From: Dehalococcoidia bacterium
GTDB taxonomy: Bacteria > Chloroflexota > Dehalococcoidia > Lucifugimonadales > VXLM01
NCBI GenBank assembly: GCA_034421575.1
Contig: DAOUKG010000017.1
Location: 19,886 to 83,885, forward strand
Direction: 5' to 3'
DNA: 64,000 nt
The position numbers and the translations under genes were made by a program. Shown piece after piece: positions 55,053 to 62,388 of this stretch; positions within the stretch are counted from its first letter, which is position 1; each line of letters begins with the position of its first letter. The notes beneath the pieces were generated by a model, which saw only the letters and a program-made list of their open reading frames with translations, searched no databases and had not been told where the DNA came from.

Positions 55053-56828
55053 ATGCGAGTCCTCGGCATCTCCTGCTACTTCCACGACGCGGCAGCCTGC
55101 CTTCTTGAGGACGGAAAGCTCATCGCCGCCGCAGAGGAAGAACGTTTCACCCGCATCAAGCACGATCCGAGCTTTCCCACGAACGCCATACGCTTCTGTC
55201 TCGAACAGGGCGGCATCGACGGCCCCGATCTCGACTACGTGGTGTTCTTCGAGAAGCCCTTCGTGAAGTTCGAGCGGCTGCTGCTGACGGCCGTGTCCGG
55301 CTTTCCCAAGACCTACATGCAGTTCGTACACAGCATGAGATCGTGGCTCTTCGACAAGCTGTGGGTCAAGAGCCGCATCGAGAGCGAGTTGGGCATCGAC
55401 AAGGAACGCATCCTGTTCTCCGATCATCACTTGTCACATGCCGCCAGCGCGTACTTCTGCTCTCCGTTCGACAGGGCCGCCGTGCTGACATTCGACGGCG
55501 TGGGCGAATGGGCAACCGCCTCCATGGGCGTGGGAGACGGACACTCGCTGTCCGTCAAGCGAGAGCTGCGCTTCCCCCATTCCCTCGGACTACTCTACAG
55601 CGCTTTCACGGCGTTTCTTGGCTTCGAGGTCAATGAGGGGGAGTACAAGGTCATGGGGATGGCCCCCTACGGTACTCCCCGGTACGCCGACCGCATCCGG
55701 GAAATCGTGGAGCAGCGCGACGACGGCTCCATCTGGACCGACAACCGCTACTTCTCGTTCCACCACAGCACGCACCGCTCGTTCACGTCGAGATTCGAGA
55801 AGTTCTTCGGGAAGCCCCGCGATCCCGGCGTCCCATTCGTCACCGCCGAAACGGGCTGGCCCGCGTACTACGGGCAGAAGCCTGCCAATCATCAGGAACT
55901 GCTGGAATACAACCGGCGCTACGCCGACATCGCCGCGAGCATCCAGCACGTGACCGAGGAACTCGTGCTGAATCTGGCGAACGAGGCGCACCGGGAGACC
56001 GGCCTGACAAAGCTGTGCATGGCGGGCGGCGTGGCCCTGAACGCGGTGGCCAACGGACGCATTCTTGCTGAGACGCCGTTCGAGGATGTCTATATCCAGC
56101 CGTCCGCAGGGGACGGGGGCGGATCGCTGGGGGCCGCCCTCTACGCCTGGCACTGCGCTCTCGGCAACGAGGAACGGTTCGTCATGGACCACGCCTACTG
56201 GGGCCAAGAGTACGACCACGACGCCATACGGACGGCCCTCGAAGGGTCAGGCCGCACATGGACGCGGTTCGAGGACGAGTCAAAACTCCTGGACGCGACC
56301 GTCGACCTCCTCGTGGAAGGGGAAGTCGTGGGCTGGTTCCAGGGGCGTTTCGAATGGGGGCCGCGCGCGTTGGGCAATCGGAGTATCCTTGCCGACCCGC
56401 GAAGGGCCGAGATGAAGGACATTGTCAACGGCAAGGTCAAGTTCCGCGAGCCGTTTCGTCCGTTTGCACCCTCGGTGTTGGCAGACGCGGCAGCGGACTA
56501 CTTTGGTCTGCCGAACGGGGCCGGGGGGATGCCGGAGCGCTTCATGCTGGTCGTCGCCCCTATAGAGGACTCCAAGCGCGACGCCATTCCCGCCGTCGAC
56601 CACGTGGGCACGGCTCGACCCCAGACCGTATACAAGGAGACCAACCCTCGCTACCATGAGTTGATCAGGAGGTTCGGGGAGGCCACCGGGGAGCCGGTCC
56701 TGTTGAATACATCCCTCAACGTTCGCGGCGACCCCATAGTCGCATCGCCGGAGGACGCGCTCGACACCCTTCAAAAGAGCGGCCTCGACGCGCTCGTCAT
56801 CGGCGACTTCCTGGTCACCAAGAAGTAG
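55053..56828 (+). CDS. carbamoyltransferase (NodU/CmcH family)
   Basis: MRVLGISCYFHDAAACLLEDGKLIAAAEEERFTRIKHD, HHLSHAASAY, MAGGVALN and the C-terminal LLNTSLNVRGDPIV are present. Confidence 0.9.
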   Translation: MRVLGISCYFHDAAACLLEDGKLIAAAEEERFTRIKHDPSFPTNAIRFCLEQGGIDGPDLDYVVFFEKPFVKFERLLLTAVSGFPKTYMQFVHSMRSWLFDKLWVKSRIESELGIDKERILFSDHHLSHAASAYFCSPFDRAAVLTFDGVGEWATASMGVGDGHSLSVKRELRFPHSLGLLYSAFTAFLGFEVNEGEYKVMGMAPYGTPRYADRIREIVEQRDDGSIWTDNRYFSFHHSTHRSFTSRFEKFFGKPRDPGVPFVTAETGWPAYYGQKPANHQELLEYNRRYADIAASIQHVTEELVLNLANEAHRETGLTKLCMAGGVALNAVANGRILAETPFEDVYIQPSAGDGGGSLGAALYAWHCALGNEERFVMDHAYWGQEYDHDAIRTALEGSGRTWTRFEDESKLLDATVDLLVEGEVVGWFQGRFEWGPRALGNRSILADPRRAEMKDIVNGKVKFREPFRPFAPSVLADAAADYFGLPNGAGGMPERFMLVVAPIEDSKRDAIPAVDHVGTARPQTVYKETNPRYHELIRRFGEATGEPVLLNTSLNVRGDPIVASPEDALDTLQKSGLDALVIGDFLVTKK

Positions 56829-56845
56829 ACGGAAGCGGGTCCAAC

Positions 56846-57025
56846 TTGAAGATCGTTAGAGAAACAAGCGCAAAGCTGGGAATCGCGGGGGAGCTCATCG
56901 TCTTCCTCTGGAAGCGCAAGCTCTGGTGGCTGATCCCGATGGTCGCCGTGCTTCTGGCCTTCGGCATCGTCATCGTCGTCGGTGGATCGACGGGCGCAGG
57001 CCCGTTCGTCTACACGCTGTTCTAA
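56846..57025 (+). CDS. DUF5989-like 59-aa membrane peptide (absent from the supplied ORF track, below its size cut-off)
   Basis: My own translation from TTG 56846 gives LKIVRETSAKLGIAGELIVFLWKRKLWWLIPMVAVLLAFGIVIVVGGSTGAGPFVYTLF*. The ...RKKFWLLP...(TM)...APFIYTLF pattern is the family hallmark as I remember it. Confidence 0.6.
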   Translation: MKIVRETSAKLGIAGELIVFLWKRKLWWLIPMVAVLLAFGIVIVVGGSTGAGPFVYTLF

Positions 57026-57065
57026 CGGGCAGGGAGATTCGTCGTAGAGAGCGCAGAGAGTGTAT

Positions 57066-57192
57066 ATTACCAGTACGTTTTGACTACGCCATGAATTGGC
57101 CGGGGGACAGCCAAATCACCCGTCATTCCGGCGAAGGCCGGAATCCAGAAAGTCCGGTCAGTCGAGAATACGGCCTCATCACAAGCAATTGG
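57066..57192 (+). repeat. element X copy 3 (lacks the nested hairpin)
   Basis: It runs attaccagtacgttttgactacgccatgaattgg...cgtcattccggcgaaggccggaatccagaaag...aatacggcctcatcacaagcaattgg. It abuts the toxin remnant. Confidence 0.75.
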
Positions 57193-57279
57193 GATAAAAA
57201 GATGCGTCAGCAGAAGGACATCGAGGATGCCCGTGACCTTTGGCAAGAGTACAAGCGTCGCAAGCGGCAGGAGGTATGA
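57190..57279 (+). pseudogene. 3' remnant (~29 codons) of a RelE-like addiction-module killer toxin
   Basis: WDKKMRQQKDIEDARDLWQEYKRRKRQEV* matches the conserved toxin C-terminus ...GGDK.TQ.KDI..A.... Everything upstream is repeat element X copy 3. Confidence 0.55.
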
Positions 57280-57282
57280 ACC

Positions 57283-57600
57283 ATGGCGCTCACCCGCGAT
57301 TTCAAGGAGACCGTACAGGCCCGCGCTCAGCGCGACCCCGCCTTTCGAGAAGGGCTGCTGAAAGAAGGCGTCGAGTGCCTGCTGGCCGGAGATGTCGATG
57401 CGGGCAAGATTGTGCTGCGTGACTATATCAACGCGACCATCGGGTTCGAGGAGCTTGGGTCCCTAACGGATAAGCCGCCCAAGAGCCTCATGCGCATGTT
57501 TGGCCCGGCCGGCAATCCCCACGCCCGCAATCTCTTCGAGGTCATCAGCCGCATTCAGCAGCACGAGGGCATCCAACTCGAAGTGAAGACCGTTCGATAG
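57283..57600 (+). CDS. addiction-module antidote protein (HTH, partner of the RelE-like killer family)
   Basis: 105 aa. MALTRDFKETVQARAQRDPAFREGLLKEGVECLLAGDVDAGKIVLRDYINATIGF...L....G....SLMRM....GNP is the typical antidote sequence. Confidence 0.8.
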   Translation: MALTRDFKETVQARAQRDPAFREGLLKEGVECLLAGDVDAGKIVLRDYINATIGFEELGSLTDKPPKSLMRMFGPAGNPHARNLFEVISRIQQHEGIQLEVKTVR

Positions 57601-57625
57601 TCGGGTTGTCTCCGATTGGCCCGGC

Positions 57626-58252
57626 CTACTGCCCTCGGAGGTACTTGACCAGCGCCCAGCGGTCTTCTTCGGACAGGAGGTACTTGAAGGCGGGCATGGG
57701 GGAGTTCGAAGGCTGCCCTGCCTCTATCAGCGCGTAGCCCTGGCGGCCTCCCTCGCCTATGAAGGCGAATATCTCCCCGTCGGTCGAGTTCTGGGTCGCG
57801 TCGCTGTTGAGGTTGGCCGGCAACACGCCGCTTGTCATGTACGGGACGACCAGTCCATCACCCGCGAGACTTGCCCCGTGACACACTTGGCAGTTCACCC
57901 GGTACACCTCGGCGGCGTGCGACCTGTCATACCCTTGCGAGACGCCTTCGGGCGCCGTGGCCGCCCTGTATTCTTCGAGCGATGCGTACTGGATCTCGCG
58001 TCCCGTCACGGGCACGGAGCCGGGTGGCGGAAGCAGTCGCGGCACGTCCTGGGAGTCGAACTTGGGCTGATAGTGCATCTCGGAAAAGACCATCACCTTG
58101 TGCGACCCCGTTTCCGGCACCACCGGCAGCTTGAACCTGGCGACGCCGTACACCTCTGTGTCGCCCGTCTTGGCGTTGTAGCACGCCATCGCCATCAGCG
58201 ACATGACGACCGCTATGGCGACTACTGCTATATGGCGTGGGTTTCGAGGCAT
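57626..58252 (-). CDS. membrane-anchored monoheme cytochrome c (ActE-like)
   Basis: It has a single CQVCHG heme motif, the distal Met ligand context SPMPAF, and an N-terminal TM/signal anchor. Confidence 0.75.
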   Translation of the reverse strand: MPRNPRHIAVVAIAVVMSLMAMACYNAKTGDTEVYGVARFKLPVVPETGSHKVMVFSEMHYQPKFDSQDVPRLLPPPGSVPVTGREIQYASLEEYRAATAPEGVSQGYDRSHAAEVYRVNCQVCHGASLAGDGLVVPYMTSGVLPANLNSDATQNSTDGEIFAFIGEGGRQGYALIEAGQPSNSPMPAFKYLLSEEDRWALVKYLRGQ

Positions 58253-58291
58253 CTATCCTGACTCTATCGTGTGTACTCGTGTTTCGATTGG

Positions 58292-58831
58292 TTAGAAGTC
58301 GGTCTGTTCCCAGCCGCGCTTGATCTCCTCAGCGCCTGCGCTCTTCAGCGTCTCCTCGGCGTGTTCCATCTTGGACTCGTCCGCCGTGATCGTGATGCCG
58401 ATGTATCCCTCGGTGATGCGGGTGTCGTAGGCGCCCATGAACAGGCGTGGGAGCCTTGATTCGAAGATGATGCCCACGACCGTGAAGAGGATCGCGCCGA
58501 GCATCGTTCCCTCGTACATGATGATCGCCATCGGCGGGATTGACAGAAGCGGCTTTCCGCCTGCGACCAGCGGATAGGCAAGCTGAGTGCCCACGGTCAG
58601 GAGCAGGCCGACGGTGAAACCGCAGGCCGCGCCGATCAGCGGGAACCGGTAGAGCTTGTGCACCGGCTCCTCCTCGCCGAACGTGCCCTCGGGATAGGGG
58701 GTGCCCGTGAGTATCTCGTATTCGCCCTGGCCGTAACCGGCCCCGGCGACCGCGTCGAGCGCGTTCGCCGCCGTGTCCTCGTCCGTGTATAGACCTATGA
58801 CGCTTCGCAGTGCCACAGCATCACCTCGCAT
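58292..58831 (-). CDS. DUF3341-type membrane subunit (ActD-like)
   Basis: 179 aa. It has a soluble N-terminal part, then two TM helices (FPLIGAACGFTVGLLL, MLGAILFTVVGIIF). It sits directly after the NrfD-type genes. Confidence 0.7.
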   Translation of the reverse strand: MRGDAVALRSVIGLYTDEDTAANALDAVAGAGYGQGEYEILTGTPYPEGTFGEEEPVHKLYRFPLIGAACGFTVGLLLTVGTQLAYPLVAGGKPLLSIPPMAIIMYEGTMLGAILFTVVGIIFESRLPRLFMGAYDTRITEGYIGITITADESKMEHAEETLKSAGAEEIKRGWEQTDF

Positions 58832-60207
58832 TACTCTCTAATCGAGGCGGGAACTATCCGCCTGCCGATTCGTATCTCGTCGCGTCCCACCATGCCCTCC
58901 TTGACGTCGAACAGCGGGATGAGCGGGAACAGTTTCGTGAAGACCAACATGCCCAGGACCACCCAGGCGAACGTCATTATCACCATCAGGATTTCCACCA
59001 GGCTCGGATGGTAGCTGCCCCAGTCGAAGATGAACTCGCTCCGGCGCATCGTCCCCGGCACGATGATGAGGAAGCGTTCCAGCCACATCCCGATGTTGAC
59101 CAGGATCGTCGTCACGAACATCCAGAAGTAGCTCCTCCGAACGCTCTTGAACAGCCACATGGGCACCGGTATGAAGTAGGCCGTTACCAGGAATACGATG
59201 AACAGCGCGCTCCACGGCCACTGGAAGACCTGGAGATCGCGCATCGCGAGCTCCGCGTCCTCCAGCGTGTACAGCGCGTACACCCACTCCAGGAAGAAGA
59301 AGAAGAACCACGTCGTCGCCACGATGATGAGCAGTCGCCCGATGGCGTCGAGATGGTCGGGCTTGAGGTACTTGTCCCATCCCCAGACCCAGACCATGAT
59401 GACCATCAGGGTCGCCACGGCCGAGACACCGGAGTGGATCGCGCCGATGATGAAGTACGGAGCGAAGATGGTCGAGTGCCACGCTTCCGGCGCGATCTGC
59501 ACCGCGAAGTCCCAGGACACGATGCTGTGGACCGAGACGAAGACCGGCAGCACCAGGGCCGACAGCAGGATTCCCGCTACCGCCTGAAGCTTCCACTGGC
59601 GCGGTGTTCCCCTCCAGCCCATCGCCATCACCGCGTAGAACTTGCGCGTGAACCCTGTCGCCCGGTCTCGCACGACTGCGAGGTCGGGGATCAGCGCGAT
59701 GAAGACGAACAGCGAGCTCGCCGTCAGGTAGGTCATCACTGCGCTCGGGTCCCAGATGAACGGGGAGCGGATGTTGATCCACACGCCGCGCGCGATATCG
59801 TAGGGGAATACCCACAGGTCGGCGCGCCACGGGCGACCGACGTGAACCAGCGGCGCCGCCATGAGGGCGGACATGAGCGAGAACACCGTCAACACCTCGG
59901 CGGCGCGTGTGACGGGACGCCGCCACTCGGCTTGCGTCAGGCGCAGGATGGCCGAGATCATGATCCCCGCGTGGCTGATGCCGATGAAGAAGACGAAGTT
60001 CACCATGTACACGCCCCAGAACACGGGACGGTTGAGTCCGGTCACTCCGACCCCTTGGTTGAGCATGTAGCCGAACGCGCCCATGCCGGTGAGGAATATC
60101 ACCGTCGTGACGATTACGGCCGGCCACCACCACCTCGGCGTGTGAAGCACCGAGCTGAGGAGGTCGTCGTTGATCTGTTTCTGTGTTAGCTGTACGTGTT
60201 CTTGCAT
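58831..60207 (-). CDS. NrfD/PsrC-family polytopic quinone-interacting membrane subunit (ActC/ActF-like), copy 2
   Basis: 458 aa with about 10 TM helices. WGVYMVNFVFFIGISHAGIMISAILRLTQAEWRRPVTRAAE is the NrfD-family signature region. Confidence 0.85.
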   Translation of the reverse strand: MQEHVQLTQKQINDDLLSSVLHTPRWWWPAVIVTTVIFLTGMGAFGYMLNQGVGVTGLNRPVFWGVYMVNFVFFIGISHAGIMISAILRLTQAEWRRPVTRAAEVLTVFSLMSALMAAPLVHVGRPWRADLWVFPYDIARGVWINIRSPFIWDPSAVMTYLTASSLFVFIALIPDLAVVRDRATGFTRKFYAVMAMGWRGTPRQWKLQAVAGILLSALVLPVFVSVHSIVSWDFAVQIAPEAWHSTIFAPYFIIGAIHSGVSAVATLMVIMVWVWGWDKYLKPDHLDAIGRLLIIVATTWFFFFFLEWVYALYTLEDAELAMRDLQVFQWPWSALFIVFLVTAYFIPVPMWLFKSVRRSYFWMFVTTILVNIGMWLERFLIIVPGTMRRSEFIFDWGSYHPSLVEILMVIMTFAWVVLGMLVFTKLFPLIPLFDVKEGMVGRDEIRIGRRIVPASIRE

Positions 60208-60226
60208 GGCTATGCGTTCTGCCGCG

Positions 60227-61621
60227 CTACTCCGGCTTGCCGAGTACCTGCACCTCCGTCCGGTGGAACGGCTTGTGGATGCGGTACAGCAATACTTCCT
60301 TCTGCTCCCAGATATTGATCGGCGGGATTATGCGCGTTCCCAGCATGTAGATGAGTATGCAGGCCGATATGCCTCCCACCCAGATGAGCACGTCCGCCAC
60401 GTCCGGCAGGACGGCGTCGGGTATCTCTTCCATCAGGTGGTTATTTGTCAAATTCAACTCCGAAACCGAGAATGCCGCGACGTACACGCGAACCCTGTCC
60501 AGGAGCGTCGCGACCAGCACGCCGCACGAGATGACGACCGGTCCCCACACGCTCTTTCGCAGCGGGTTCCAGATCATCGCCCACAGGGGAACGAGGAACG
60601 CGAAGGTGAAGATGATGAAGAATATCGGCAGATATGGCCCTACGAACAGCAGGTCGAGGACCGCCTCCTCGGCAGGCTTCGCGCCGAACCAGAAGATGAT
60701 GAAGCTCGAGAACCAGAACCAGAACCACAGGAGAGACAGGGCGAACAGGAGCTTGCCCAGTCCCCAGAACTGGTCGAGGTTGATGTAGTCCTTGTAGCCG
60801 CCGAAGCGATACATGACGAACATCGTTACCAGTGTGATCGCCACTCCCGCCTGCAGCGAGTTGTGGGCGTGCGTGGCAGGATAGAGCGCGTCGATCCAGC
60901 CCGGAACGAGCGACATGCCGAAGTCCATGCTGACTGCGAAGTGCGCCGTAACGAGCATCATGAAGTAGAACGCCCCAAGGATGCCCAGCCGGTGCTTCTG
61001 CCAGTTCCACTGGCCGGACGTGCCGACCCATCCTCTCGCCAGGCGGCCGAACCAGACCTTCTTCTTCCCTGTCGAGCGGTCGCGCAGCATCGCGAAGTCC
61101 GGCATTGCCGAGACCCAGAGGAGCCACAGGCCATTCACGGTCAGCGCCAGGAGCACGAGCGTCGTCGCGATCTCCGGCATGTGGGCGGGCATGTTCAACT
61201 CGCCGTAGAACCAGAGCGTCCGCCTGCCGTCCTCCATGCTGGGCAGGGCCCACGCCACAGGGATGTATATCACGAAGCTCACGATTCCGACGAGACTGAA
61301 CAGTTCCGCGACGCGCGAGATCGACCGCCGCCAGTGCGCGTTGGCTATCCTCGGAGCGATGGCCACCATGGGAGCGCCCTGCGCCGCCGTCAGGATGAAC
61401 GCGAACAGGGCAGCGTGATACCCCCAGACGGGCGTATTGGCAAAGCCGTCGGTCAATCGCATCACGAATCCGACGACTCCCAGCACCGACAGGACGGCGA
61501 AGACTATCGCCGCCATGCGGAACGTGGAGCCGGGCAGCCTGCCCTTTTCGAGGAGGTCGTCCTCGACGGCTTTCGGCGTCGTCAGCGCGCCGTGACCGTT
61601 ATGTGATGCGCCGTTATTCAT
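60227..61621 (-). CDS. NrfD/PsrC-family polytopic membrane subunit (ActC/ActF-like), copy 1
   Basis: 464 aa. WGYHAALFAFILTAAQGAPMVAIAPRIANAHWRRSISRVAE is homologous to the same region of copy 2 but divergent. Confidence 0.8.
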   Translation of the reverse strand: MNNGASHNGHGALTTPKAVEDDLLEKGRLPGSTFRMAAIVFAVLSVLGVVGFVMRLTDGFANTPVWGYHAALFAFILTAAQGAPMVAIAPRIANAHWRRSISRVAELFSLVGIVSFVIYIPVAWALPSMEDGRRTLWFYGELNMPAHMPEIATTLVLLALTVNGLWLLWVSAMPDFAMLRDRSTGKKKVWFGRLARGWVGTSGQWNWQKHRLGILGAFYFMMLVTAHFAVSMDFGMSLVPGWIDALYPATHAHNSLQAGVAITLVTMFVMYRFGGYKDYINLDQFWGLGKLLFALSLLWFWFWFSSFIIFWFGAKPAEEAVLDLLFVGPYLPIFFIIFTFAFLVPLWAMIWNPLRKSVWGPVVISCGVLVATLLDRVRVYVAAFSVSELNLTNNHLMEEIPDAVLPDVADVLIWVGGISACILIYMLGTRIIPPINIWEQKEVLLYRIHKPFHRTEVQVLGKPE

Positions 61622-62366
61622 GCGAGCCGTTCTTCTCTGCGGCGGACTCGTCCACCTTCTTCAGATAGATCACGTTGGGCGACGTGCCGTACTGCGGCAT
61701 CAGGTGGTAGCCACGACCGTGATCGTCGTCCATCTCTTCCTTTGCCAACTTCGAGACCTTGCTGTTCGGGTCGTTCATATCACCGAATACCAGGGTATCC
61801 GTCGGGCAGGCGTTCACGCAGGCCGGATTCAACTCCCGCGAGTTGTCCGACAATTCCTCGCCGTCCCGCGCAGCCTCTCGACTCGTGCGGCGAATGCGCT
61901 GGATGCAGAACGTGCACTTCTCCATGATCCCGCGACTGCGGACCGTCACGTCGGGATTGAGCTGGTTCGTGAGGGTCTCCGGCCACTCCGGCTCCCAGAA
62001 GTTGAAGTACCGGACGTGGTACGGGCAGTTGTTGGCGCAGAACCGCGTGCCGATGCAGCGGTTGTACACCTGGACGTTCATGCCCTCGTTGTTGTGATAC
62101 GTGGCGAACACGGGACAGACCGGCTCGCACGGGGCGTCGTTGCAGTGCTGGCACAGGATCGGTATGAACCGCGCCTTGACGTCAGGGAACTCGCCCTCCC
62201 AGTACCGCTCGACGCGAATCCACTCGATCGCGCGACGCTGGTTGAAGATGTCCTCGGTGTTGATGGGGATGTTGTTCTCGGACTGGCATGCGACAACGCA
62301 GCCCTGACAGCCGATGCACTTATCGACGTCTACCACCATGCCCCATTTCGGGTTTGCGCTTACCAT
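61614..62366 (-). CDS. 4Fe-4S ferredoxin-type iron-sulfur subunit of a CISM-type oxidoreductase (ActB2-like)
   Basis: Four Cys clusters are present: CIGCQGCVVAC, CQHCNDAPCEPVCP, CIGTRFCANNCP and CTFC.... Length is 250 aa. Confidence 0.9.
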   Translation of the reverse strand: MVSANPKWGMVVDVDKCIGCQGCVVACQSENNIPINTEDIFNQRRAIEWIRVERYWEGEFPDVKARFIPILCQHCNDAPCEPVCPVFATYHNNEGMNVQVYNRCIGTRFCANNCPYHVRYFNFWEPEWPETLTNQLNPDVTVRSRGIMEKCTFCIQRIRRTSREAARDGEELSDNSRELNPACVNACPTDTLVFGDMNDPNSKVSKLAKEEMDDDHGRGYHLMPQYGTSPNVIYLKKVDESAAEKNGSHE

Positions 62367-62388
62367 ATTGCTAAGGCTCCGTTTCCCC

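Noticed and set aside
54147-55430. 427-aa minus-strand ORF spanning the DtxR regulator and the carbamoyltransferase start
   Set aside because: It is antisense to two well-supported genes and has no recognisable motif.
58810-61606. 459-aa and 478-aa plus-strand ORFs overlapping the two NrfD-type genes
   Set aside because: They are His/Arg/Asp/Glu-rich antisense shadows. The minus-strand products are clear polytopic NrfD-family proteins.
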